Source: Eledone cirrhosa (lineage: Eukaryota). From it: a stretch of DNA of 64,000 bases. Shown here in pieces: positions 52,016 through 64,000 of the stretch. How positions within the stretch are numbered: the stretch's first letter is position 1; every line of letters begins with the position of its first letter. The notes beneath the pieces are model-generated. The model was not told the DNA's origin. It searched no databases and saw nothing but the letters and a program-made list of their open reading frames with translations. The stretch spans positions 309,814,001 to 309,878,000 of the forward strand of contig OZ024741.1 of NCBI GenBank assembly GCA_964016885.1. Direction: 5' to 3'. Made by a program: the position numbers and the translations under genes.

Positions 52016-52136
52016 CTCTCGAATAATTATCTCTGCTCCCTGCTTATTAATTTTTCAGATCCCCTCCCCCCTACCCCTATTTATTTCATCTCCCCCGCTT
52101 TTTCCAACACCCTCCCTATTATTTGGGACCCGAGAG
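52016..52136. mobile_element. Small TA-flanked MITE
   Basis: ta-ctctcg..aataa ... ttatt..cgagag-ta termini. Confidence 0.5.
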
Positions 52137-55100
52137 TATATCATCACCATCACTCTTTAATGTCTATTTTCCATGCTTGCATGAGTAAGACAGGTTGACA
52201 CATACTGCAACTAAACTGGTCAGGTGACCATATCTTGCTTACATGCTCCATTATTGGCTTGGTTTCTACGGTTGGATGCCCTTCCTAACAGCAACTACTT
52301 TACAGTGAGTACTGGGAGCATTTTATCATGACTCCAGCACCACCACCTTACAAGGTGGACTATCTGAAAAAACAAAAACAGGATAATTACAGCTAGAACA
52401 CCTTTGATTATAGTTATGCCTGATTAATGCTGCCTTGGAGTTAAATGACAAGCTTTCATAAACTGTGACAGAATGGCTAATTCACACAACTCCTGCATGC
52501 ATGTACACACACACACACACTCTTCTTTCACTTTTTAATACCTCAGTAATGGTTGTGGAAGGCAGTGGATAAGCAGATTAAAAATGCCTCTGTATTTCGT
52601 CTGGTTCACTACACTCCACGTTCAAATCTTGCCATAGTCTACTTCAATTTTTATCCTTTCCCATGCTAACACGGGTTGGATGTTATGTTTTCTGATAGTG
52701 TTTTACAGTTGGACACCTTTCCTGATGCCAACCTTTTTTGTTGCCTCTTACAACATCCAGGGATATATTGTGCCTATTCTAAAAACTGAGATACACACAA
52801 ATTTGTTGAATTGTGACTGAGTGTATAGACTGATATGGCTGAATAATTCTCTCTGAATATGTAGTCTACTTTTCTTTCTATATCATACTATATAACCCAT
52901 ACAGTTTGGGTGTTTGATCAGGTGTTCTTCATTTGCTGCCCTTGTGGCAAAATGAAGAATCATTATTATTATGGATTGGCAGTATCAGTAGAGGGTCGGA
53001 CGTCATGCTTTGATGCATAGAGTTACGGCCCTTGCCATTCTGAGTTCAAATCCCGCCGAGGTCAACTTTGCCTTTCATCCTTACAGCGTCGATAAAATAA
53101 AGTACCAGTAATGTACTGGGTGATTGCTGGCCTTGTGCCAAAAGTAGAAACAATTATTATTAATCATTGTTAAAAATCACCAGTTTTATTATTATTATAG
53201 ACAAATGCTTAGCAGTATTTATTCTGGCTCTTTATGTCCTGCATTCAAATGCTGCAGAGGTCAACTTTAATTTTCATCTATCGGAGGTTGATGAAATAAA
53301 GTACCAGTCAAGTACTATTGTTCATATAATTGCTTTTCCCTAACCCAAATTGCTGACCAAGTTGCCAATGATAAAAAAAAACTATTACTATTATTTCTTG
53401 TCACATCATATACAACAATAAAACTGGTGTTGTGTATCAATGTTCTTATTCAGTTTCAAAAGTTATTTAACTCTTGGAATCCAAATTATCTGGGACCATC
53501 CCAGGTTTTATGATAGAAAACTGCTTATTTTATATTCATCTAAAAACAAACCATCATAATTTTATGTAAGAAGGTTTAAGTTATATTGCAAATACAAATT
53601 CAACCATATAGCATGTAAACTGGCCATATCTGGCCAGAATTCTCTCACCTCTTTCAGTTCAAACTGGCTGTAACTGGCCCCTCATACTTATGTTAAGGTA
53701 TTGTTCTCAAAATAAATAATATCAAAATAGATTCAATATTATGTGAGATATTATGTAAGATAAAGCCTTTACCATGAAAATACAATAGTATATAGGTAAA
53801 AAAACACATTAAAGTGAACATCCTTAATGTAATTTTCAGGCAGATAGATTTCTAGAAAAAAATCACATGATCCACATGACAGATGCAAGGTGTCCGAACA
53901 TGGAAGAGCCGAACTCCCACTGTCATCGCCTCCATCTCTCTCGCCGTAAATGCTAAAGAGTTAATAACGAGAAGGTTTATTATATTAATAAATCCCTCCA
54001 AATTTATATTATTTTCAAAATGATTTTAATATAATAAGCATATTTCATTCTCTCTGTCCCTTGTACCAGATTGTTGAACACAATAGTGTCTCTCCACAGC
54101 TGCAACACCCACTACCATTTACTCTGTTTACTGTCAAAAGGTATTGAGGTCATACTTTAGGATATCTTAGTAGAAGAGGACTTCAGAAGAGTGTGTGAGT
54201 GTGGGTGTTGTAAATGCCAGCTCACTAGTAAGTATCTTTTTGGTATGTGCTCATCAGTTTTACATGTGACATATATCTCATATATCTCTTATCTAACACA
54301 AGCAACACTGAGTCAAAGTTGAAGCTTTGAAATAAATATATTTTCCTCAAAACACACTATCAGCTTATAAAAAAAAAAGGAAAAACACTGTTGGATAACA
54401 CAGTTCTAAATACACTATTCAGGAAAAAAAAGGAAAGATGGGATATCTTTGATTTTAGGTTTGTTGAACCAAACCTGACCTGGGCTAAACAATAACCACG
54501 AAAGAGGTGACAAGTGCTGAATTAAATACACATATTTAAAGAACCTATAACTTCAATGACTCACATATGTCTTCCAATCCAGGTGGTAATGGTTTTGTTG
54601 GTGGTGTTGACTAAGAATTACAAACAGTAACTGGAAGTGGAATGTACTAAAGCCACTTCCTGATGTCTTCGCTGAACCAAATAGAAGGGTTGGAATTTGG
54701 CACTACAAATTAAAATATATTTCCTCCTTAATTATAGAGTGACCTTGTTCCAATTGACATTACTATTCTAGTCAACCTGTCTTTACTGTGGTGGCAGACT
54801 GAGATTAGCTTGTTACAGTGAATAAGTCAAGAAATTACCCAAACAGTATATAAAGCACTGATGCTGTTTATCCTCAAGCCAACCCTGATCGAGCAGACCT
54901 ATGATCAAATGCATTTTAACCATGGCCATCCTGGCACTACATTATCAAATGTGTTCTTTGTTTTAAGACAATAGAGGTTGATTTGAACTGCTATTTCTAG
55001 CAGGTTGAGAGATCATATAGTATCTACCTCACATTGTTTTCACATGGTGAATGTTGTTTAAATTATAGTCTTCAAGTGAGAGGGGGGGGGGGGTTATCAA

Positions 55101-56559
55101 GTCCAGCACTGGACTGGCACTTTAGTTATCAACCTTGAAAAATTGACAGGCAAAATTGACTTCGGTTGAATTTGAACCCAGAGCACAGGAATGAATACCA
55201 CATCATCTGATGTTCTGAAACAACTAATGGCTAGAATAGCAAGAAACTTCAGCGATCTTAGGAAAACCGAGTGTCTTTTCTGTTCTCCATCATTCTTTCT
55301 ACATAACCCTAAAATATGCCAACAGGAGACCCTCTACATGATCACTAAATTTCCTAAAAATGGCAGCTAAGACATTCTCAACCCCATGACCCTCTCAGGA
55401 ATAAGTGAGTGATGAAGAATAAGATTCTTATAGTGTGTTACATTAGAAGGCTACAACAATGCAAAAGGGACATTAAATGTTAAAAATAATGATAACATGT
55501 TGGAATGTTATCTTGGAGTTGTTTAATAGTCCTTAATATTTCGACATAAAATCCCTTCATCAAAAGTTGTGGAAGCTAATTCATAGTAGGATATCTTATG
55601 TCGTTCTTATGCTGTTCTTTTTTAACCTGAAAGTGGTGGGGTTTTTTTCAATGTTGGAAGCAGTGAATGAATCATATGGTAGCAGCACAATATGATCACT
55701 ACACAATTGTGTCAAAGAACACCTCATCACACATGCACCCTCCTTTAAGAAACATATAGATAAGTGAAAAACCACAAAGCTATTACAGTTGCCAACAAAG
55801 TCAGAGATAGAAATACCAGTAACCTCTGAATCAAAAAATATCTATTTTAATAGCCAAACTCAACCACACTGTAAAGTGGTCGTGTAGGTGACACGACAAA
55901 AAGCACCCAGTCCATGCTGTAAAGTGGTCGTATAAGTGTCACGAGAAAAAGCACCCAGCACGCACTGTAAATATGGTTGGTGTTAGGAAGGGCATCCAGC
56001 CATAGAAACCAAGCCAAAATCAGTTCTGTATGAGCAAGACATGTCATCTGACCTGGCTTGTCTCACAACAGGACTACTAGTCTAAACCCTGATAGTGTGG
56101 TTAAATGGTGATGATGAAACTCCAAATAAACAACAGGTTAGAACTCCACACCCTGTGGTTAACAGGCAGACTTACTACCACACTTCATGGTATAAAAAAT
56201 AGATACAATCATAGGTTAGAACACATACCACATGATCTGTTTACCACTTCTAGCATTGAAAAACCCACCACCACTTTCAGATTAAAAATTGGCAGCATAA
56301 AAACGACACAAGATAGCTTCTGAATTTGTTTTCTCAATTCTTCTTTTGACAAGAGGATTTTATTCTGAAATATTAAGAACTATTAAACAGCTCCAAGGTA
56401 ACATTTCAACATTTTTGTTATTATTTTAAACATTCAATTTGCAATGCTGTAGCCATCTGATAAATCAGTTTTCCGCACTTTATTTTCAATTCAATTCAAT
56501 ATATTTGGCAGAAATTAAAACATAGATGCTTCAGATGCCATGTAAGGAGGGGGGCAAAA

Positions 56560-57095
56560 TTTACACAGTCCGAAACACAGTGGTCCAACACCGGTCCAAT
56601 TTCGCCTTGAATTGTTGCGTGGTTGACACATTGACTACTTCTTCTGGAAGCCGATTCCAGGGTCCATAGATGCGGATCAAGAAAGCAGCTTTCCGTCTAT
56701 TTAGGCGAAAGCAGCAGTGAAACAGCTTTTTGTCATGTCCACGTAGACCCCTTTCAAGTGCCGGAGTGAATAGGAGATCTTGAGGGAAATCGTAAAGAGA
56801 TTGTAAGCCAAAATGAGATTGCCTCGTAGCCGTCGACGCTCCAAGGAGAAGAGGTTCAGCTTCTGCAGCCGGCTTTCGTAGGGCAGCTCATGAAGACCAT
56901 GTACCATTCGAGTCGCTAGTCATTGAACTCTCTCCAAGTGATGGATATCCTGGATGAGATATGGGTTTGATGCTTGGATGCCATATTCTAGGGCGACATA
57001 GAGAGGCCTGAAAATTTCTGGAGTAAGTTTGGCAAAGAAGCGTCGAATAAGAAAAAGAGAGCTCCTTGCCTTGTTTGCGGCTTTACATAAGGCTT
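56560..57095 (-). mobile_element. CR1/Jockey-group LINE 3' fragment
   Basis: [44 protein letters not shown], and RGH..KL / WNRLP tail motifs. Confidence 0.85.
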
Positions 57096-57599
57096 TAATC
57101 AAATTACATCCTCTTATTCTTATCTTTAATCATTTTCATGTGTTAGTAATCAACATAAACATTCGGGTTTCTTTTAAGCAAGTCATTAATTTATCAAAAC
57201 ACAAATTTTCCAGCTTGTATGATTTTTCATATGTTCACTAATTCTAGGACTCCAACAGTTAAATACATTCAACGTTATAGCCATCATTATTGACGACACA
57301 GGTCCACTAACTCAAAACTAAAAATCAGGGTTATTTCTTCATGAAACTGAGTGTGACTGACAGAAGTTGTGTTTGATTTGAATGCCACACGGTTCCTCTT
57401 CTAGATACACAGCTCACCTAAATACATTGCCCATCTCCTGGACAAACTGTTCATCTAGATACACTGTCCATTTATTGGATACATTGTTCATCCTCTATAT
57501 ATACACTGCTCATCACAAAAAAGTCACTGCCCTTCTCCTAGATCCACTGCTCTCCTAGTTACGTTGTTTACGTAGGCCATAACAGTTTTATTACTGTTT

Positions 57600-58590
57600 A
57601 TACTCAAATCTTGAATTTTTCAAGTCATGATTAGGATTTATCTGAAATTCCTACTAGTGTCAAGCAGAACTGTGTTCTATCTTTATTACTCTTTAGCTCT
57701 GCCATTGCCTTATTTCTGGAGCTTGCCCTGAACAATTTCCCAAGCATTGCTGAAGGATGAGACTTCATTGTTACTGACTTTGACTATGCTGATGACTTCA
57801 TAATAATTGGTGATAGCTATGCCAATATTCAATCAGCCATACATGCCTCGTGTGTGTTTCACATGTTAGCACAAAAATCAATACAGGCAAGACAAAGATA
57901 GTATCTGCTAGCATCTTGCCTTCTGAAAGGGTCCCCACTATACTCAATTGTATTGCTATCTTACTTTCTGAAAGAGTCCTTGCCATATTCACTAGTAAAA
58001 TAAATGTCTGCATCAACTGTGTGAGTACTACATTCTGTTATCTGCAAAAATACCTCTGGTTCAGGTTGAAGATCCATCTGACCACAAAAATGTGTACCTG
58101 CCGAGTGCTTGTTTGCATCATCCTTCTAAAAAGTTACAAGACATGACCAATGACTTCTGCAAGCTGATTGCTTTTACTTTCACCAAATCTTCCATGTTCA
58201 CCTACTGGATTTTGTATTAAATTCCAAAATATATTGTTGCTCTCAGATCAATTTGCTTCAACAAATCCTCTCCAAAAGATGCCTCCATTAGTTTAGTCTT
58301 GCACTCTACTGGCCATAAGATGAACTCATCCATGATGCAGTCTCACTAGAGCCCCTCATGCAAAGGCATATATGTTGAGGTGAACAGTTGAAAATGTGGA
58401 TTTGTATGATCAAGTTGAATCTTCAGCTTATATCTGGTCCCTGCATATATGGGGTTCACTGATGGAATAGCACCTGGCTGACATTATCTATATCAGATGC
58501 CATTGATATGCTGGTCAGATTGTTTGCACTGCTCTGGTTTTACTGGTTGGAACCAGCTCAACCCATCCTGGGTGAACACTGACATAAGGA
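57600..58590 (+). mobile_element. Old RTE-type LINE remnant
   Basis: VKQNCVLSLLLF (QG motif), VTDFDYADD, KINTGKTKI. Confidence 0.65.
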
Positions 58591-59400
58591 ACAAGGAAAG
58601 AAATTCAGATATGCATACTATACACAAATCAGAATTGCTACAAAAGAGTAATTCAGAAATATAGGATCAGAAAAGAATCTGTTTTAGACATGGTACACCT
58701 TGGAGAAAGAAAATAGGGTTCAGTTTTACCAGAAATAATGTTTAAAACAAAAATACATACATACACAAGAACTTTTTCTATTCGCATCAAAATCATAGAA
58801 CCAGGTTAAAATTGTAGTGAAACATTTGTTGTTATACTTGCTCAGGGATGCCACCACCACTCCCAAATATTTTATTCAAAACCAAAGTGGGAGTACATTT
58901 TTCATCGTGACCTAGCAGGGTTATAACTTGACACTGAAAATTTACTAATTAACAAAACACTCAATTTACACAGCACTATATGAGGAAATTATAACAGAAG
59001 TGGAAGGTCAATGAACTAAATATCTTGTGGTATTTAATGTCATTTCTTCTACAATTTGAATTCCAATGCTTTTAAAATTAATATGCTAATTACTAATCAT
59101 GTACTGAGTGGTCAGTACATTTGATTTTACCAACAATCCAACACCACTCCTTTTCCTCCTTCTTCACAGAGTCATGGAGGAAGAGTCCTCAAAATGTCTT
59201 CCAAAGGGTCCTATCAAAAGCAACCATCTCTAAATGATTCAGTTGGATCCCCAATCAAGACCAACTAAACTTATGGATGTTATCCAACCATCTTACAGGT
59301 GGTCTACCTCTGGGCCTCTTGCCAGTTGGCTTTGCTCATAAAATGTGTGCTTGTGCTGATATTAGAAATCAATCACATTACAATGATGCCAATCAATACC

Positions 59401-59431
<31 letters not shown>

Positions 59432-61138
59432 AACTTCAGCTATTTCCACCTCCTGCTGCTCTCATCCAATCTGGCTGACAGTGATGAGGATCATACTCAT
59501 CATCTATTTTCTATGCTTGCATTGCATGGGTTAGACAATTGGTCACATTATGAGGTTAGACTGACCAGCTGTCTACATCTTGCATGTATGCTCTGTGTTT
59601 TTGGCTTGGTTTCTACAACTGGATGCCCTTCCTAGTGCCAACCACTTTACAGCATGTACTAGAAACATTTTATCATGAGTCTGGCAATACTACCTTACAC
59701 AGTGGACTGGATGCTTTTTATCGTGGCATCAGCACTAGGAGCCACTGAAGGGAGTGTGCTGGTGGTGGGAGTGGCCATACCAGCATGGGAGAGGAAGTGT
59801 GAGATTATGGATGATGCTAATGATGATGATGAGAGTGGCAGTGGATATGCAAAAGAAAAGGAATCTAGCTGTAAAACCTTTGTTCCAGTAATACAGTTTT
59901 AGTACATGTATATCAATACAGCACTCTTTTATTCCTCTTCATCATAGGTGATGAACAGGCAGTCATTAGATTAGAGGGCAAAAATACCTTGTGGTATTTG
60001 TTCCAGCTCTCTGTACTCCAAGTTTAAATCCTGTTGAGTTCAATTTAGCCTTTCATCCTTCTGGAATTGATCAAATAAAATGGTGGATTGATGGAATTGT
60101 TAAAGCCTCAGCATGATGCTTTGCGGTATTTGTTCCGAGTTCAAATCTCACTGTGGCGTACTTGGATAATAGTCTTAATTGGTTGCCCAGTTTAACAACT
60201 CTTGGCCCTTCATTGTCTTTAACAGAGCCCATGCTGTTATAAGCATTCAGACCTGGTCTCTGGTTTGTGGTTACCTTCATCCCACCTGACATGGAGGCTT
60301 TGAAAAGGGTCGTTGGTGTTGATCTTCTCTTCCTGAAGAAGAAGTAAGGAGTGGTGGAGTCAAAGGTGTGCTTACAGCATAACATACAGTTGTCTTGGAC
60401 ATTTTTTAAAAGCCTGGTGGAGCCTATCCCTCTTCAGGTCTGACCACAGCTGATTTCTTCCAGAGAAGGAGAAATAGAACAAAAGAGAAATAAGTAGAAT
60501 CGTCCCCATTACTAGACTGGTGCTTATTTAGCAACCTCCTCACTATAATCTTCTGCCATTATAATCACTACTATCATGATTAGTAAATGCAATGTTATTT
60601 TATTATTATTTTTGTTAGTAATGTTAGTATGCATATTTTCTTCTATAGGCTACATGATGAGGGGGCAGGGGAACCAAGTCATACCTATTGCATTGCCAGT
60701 GTTAGAAAGGATTGTATAAGAACTTTAAAAGCATATGCAAGCACACACACACACATGTATATGCATCACACACACCCACACAGAGATAAATGCACCACAC
60801 ACACACACATAATAGAGAGGAACAACCACTGTTTTATAAACAGTATAATCAGTTATACAGTTTAGAAGAGGTAGGGGTGCAAAATATTAGAAAATGCAAC
60901 AACTATAACAACAAACAACAATAACAAGAAGCAACAACAACAACTATAAGAAATAACAACAACTAAAGCAAATAAAAAAATTACCAAGTAAAAAAGACAA
61001 ATCAACACCTGTGTAATCAAGTTTTAAAAAAAACCTAGTCAATCATCTCCTAGGAAAGCAAAAGATAAAGTGCCCTTAACTCCTGATAGAGTTGTAGGGT
61101 CACAGTCCTGACACACACCATGTCATGGGCCTTTTTAA

Positions 61139-61288
61139 CCCTTTAGCATTTAAACTGGCCATATCTGGCCAGAATTCTCTCACCTCTTTCTGTTCAAACC
61201 AGCTGCTCATACTGATGTTAAGGTATTGTTCTCAAAATAAATAACATCAAAATCTCATAGATTCGATATAAATGTAAATGCTAAAGGG
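61139..61288. mobile_element. piggyBac-like MITE (shorter copy; another with an internal insertion at ~53605-53960)
   Basis: TTAA TSDs and CCCTTTAGCATTTA TIRs. Confidence 0.87.
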
Positions 61289-61317
61289 TTAAATCAGATG
61301 GAGCACATCCTACTCCA

Positions 61318-61358
<41 letters not shown>

Positions 61359-63269
61359 GAGAGAGTCAACCTCAGTATTTGACCGGAACTTAATCTATTG
61401 ACCTCAAAAGGATTCAAGGCAAAGTTGGCCTCGGCAGGATTTGAACTCATTGTCCATTTAATCTTCTGCCCTAGTGACTCTGTTAATTCATCACCTGAAC
61501 AGGAATATCAATATAAAAAATATATAGTCTCCTAGTTTTTCTAAAAAGATAGGAGAAGGCACTAGTCTATCACATACCCTTTGCTATTTTCTCTAGCCAA
61601 ATCTGAAACACCATATACAAATAATAACTTAAGAATTAAGGTTTACCAAGTGTAGTTAAAGAGATTGGGTTTCAGATCATACAACAGAACTCTCTGAGAG
61701 ATTCAATTGTGCCTGAAACAATGGCACTGCTAACTATTTGCTACTCAGAAAACAGACAGCCTACTCTGCTCATGCAAATCACGATGTACATTGGCACCCA
61801 CAGCTGAACATTTGTATTACTAAAAGCAATCAGATAATCATTTGGTCCCTACATATATGGTGTAACATTGTTGGAATTATTGATAAGCTGACAATCTCCA
61901 CACAGGATGCTTATAATTGCTATGCATGGTCAGCTTCTGTTTACAATGTTATGAATTCATTGGTTGAAGCCAGTTCAACTAAGTACAATTACATGCAAGC
62001 ATATGGTGCATGTATTCTAAAGTCACAGGTAGTACTTCATCACCATCATCCTTTTTCCATACTTGCATGAGTTGCACTGTTTTTTTTCTAGCACAGCTTC
62101 CCTCCATTAATTGTGCTCCTTTATCCTCTTCTCTATAATATTTGGCATTTTAAGATCTGCTCTCACTTCTGCCCAAGTTTTCCTTGGTCTCCCACTACTA
62201 CAGATTCTTTCCACTGGTAGCTTCTGGTAATTCTTCATCTAACAATCATCCTCCATGTGTATCACATGGCCATACCAGTGTAGTATTCTCTCTTACATAC
62301 TATATTTTCTTCGCTTATACTTATTTTCTTTCTCAGCTCATAGACGTTAAAATCACACATCCATCAAAACAGGATTGCTTCATTTCTCTGCATTTATCAC
62401 CCATGTTTCACTTCCATGCAACATTGCACTTCTCACAGATGTATCATATAGCCACCTTTCCACTCAGAAAAAGAAACCTTTTGTAGTGAACAGGGGTGGT
62501 AGCTTCCTGACCTTTTTCTATCCTGTTCTACTATACTTTCAGAGCAACCTCCTCTACTGGCTATCAATTACTTCTATGGAGACTTCTCAGGATTGGAAAA
62601 AGTTTATTTCATTGAGAATCTTACTAACTACCTCTGTGCATAGAAAGGCCACCTCTTCAGTTAATCTTCTTACAATACCACAATATCTAATTGTACATTG
62701 TGTACATTGTACAGCTTTTCTACCTATTCCTTTTTACATAACAAGAAGAATTATTTCCTTGATGGAACAGGAGTCCTGTCTTCTTTCCTATTTACTAAAA
62801 CTTATTTAAGAATATTCATTGTTGATGTTGTTGCAGCTGCCCTAGTTTTTTTTGGAAACTAAAGTCTTTATTAACTGTTCCCATACACTGCAAATACCCA
62901 AGGAAATAGAACTAGAACAAGTACCAATCTATATATTTCCCTTCCAGACATCTAACAGTCAGAATCATCCTTCTACACTCCAAATAAAATACTGCCAGAG
63001 TCAACACATCCTTCAATAGTCAATAATATAAGTACCAGGCACATTACTAAGGTTCATTTAATCATCTGTACCTTTCTGAAAACATTTTTGTGACTTAGTG
63101 AAAATGCTATTGCAGTATTTCCTCTGACTCTTTACATTCTGAGTTCAAATCCCATCCTTCCAGGGTTGATAAAATAAAGCACCAGTAACATACTGGAGTC
63201 AATTTAATCGACTTTCCCCTCCTCCCAAATTACTGACTTTGTGCCTATACTAGAAATCATTACTATTAT

Positions 63270-63720
63270 TGTTGTGCGCTTTCACTGCTTTACTAAGCAC
63301 AGTTCAGGAGGCCTTGGGTACATGCAGTTTGTTTTGAGTGTTTCTATTGTATTGAAAGTACTGTATATAATATGTACAGTGCCTAGTAGTCTTATATTCT
63401 GCATGTTGTACATATTTCTAAATCCTAAGGTTTGGGTTATGAATTTGTCTACATGTTTTTTTGGTAATTCTCAAAGCACATATTATTATATAGGGAGTAT
63501 TTATGTTTTCATCATCTACATTCGGGTTATCTCTATTTCCAGATCTTTATATTTAGATAATTTCACCAGTTCTTTCAAAGATAAATTATCATTTGTTGGG
63601 ACTGATACATCAATTAGTATGCATTTCATTTCTATTGGAATTTGACTACAATGTCTGGTTGATTAGTTTTGATCTCCCTGTGTGTATTGGCATATCAAAG
63701 AGTATAGTTGCTTTAACATT
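63270..63720 (-). mobile_element. R4/Dong-like RLE LINE 3' fragment
   Basis: Minus strand CILIDVSVP and MQNIRLLGTVHII, resembling the QK.xLLGTxHI end of R4/Dong ORFs. Confidence 0.6.
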
Positions 63721-64000
63721 CTAAAACTTATTATTATTATTACTAGATGAGGGCAACGTCTTCTCCCACTTTCTGTTACACATACACACACACTTTCTCT
63801 CTCTTTCTAAACAAATGACATTCCTTTTCTCTCTCTATTTATGTACATATCTCTCACTTGGCGCTCTCCCTCTTTCTATATAGATGAGGGCGATATAACA
63901 TTCTGTCTATCTACTTCTTTCTGTCACCTAGAAAACACACAGCATTCCCTTTTCTCTCTCTATCTATGTACATATATCTCACTTGGCACTCCCCCTCTCT

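Noticed and set aside
54565-54610. AG/GT-bounded 46-nt minus-strand segment (STPPTKPLPPGLEDI) as an upstream RPS6KC1 exon
   Set aside because: Wrong phase for the 49771 exon and no resemblance to PX strand sequence.
60820-60870. Minus-strand DYTVYK as the missing first RPS6KC1 PX exon
   Set aside because: No HPxG context, no start codon or suitable splice donor; arises from a short AT palindrome.
63742-64000. Possible Helitron 3' end (ctag) with tandem subrepeats at the window edge
   Set aside because: The other terminus is outside the window and no clear hairpin is visible; cannot be supported.

Overview
AT-rich, intron-dominated animal genomic DNA. The microsatellite and SINE landscape suggests an octopus or other coleoid cephalopod; this is inference, not a database result. 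Two convergent spliced genes can be rebuilt by hand with consistent GT-AG phases. (1) A complete 8-exon + strand gene (CDS 3526-18952, 1071 nt, 356 aa) encodes an unnamed WD40/FG-GAP-type beta-propeller protein that the ORF track largely misses. (2) RPS6KC1 on the - strand (12 exons, 49771 down to 20189, 3651 nt in frame) encodes PX, MIT and a split pseudokinase domain; its 5'-most exons were not found. The introns hold many mobile elements: tRNA-derived SINEs, a (CAT)n-tailed repeat family, RTE, CR1, Tx1 and R4-like LINE fragments, a GC-rich CRE-clade RT+RLE retrotransposon, a DD37D/maT transposon with intact TIRs, piggyBac-like TTAA MITEs and non-autonomous Helitrons. The most interesting signal is a set of palindromic, Penelope-like intronic elements carrying type I hammerhead ribozyme motifs (4562-4616 minus, 6685-6739 plus, 7710-7771 plus; degenerate relatives near 37.5 kb and 49.3 kb). 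These include a ~2.3 kb inverted repeat whose two ribozyme copies carry different lesions. All coordinates were counted by eye; repeat boundaries are approximate.
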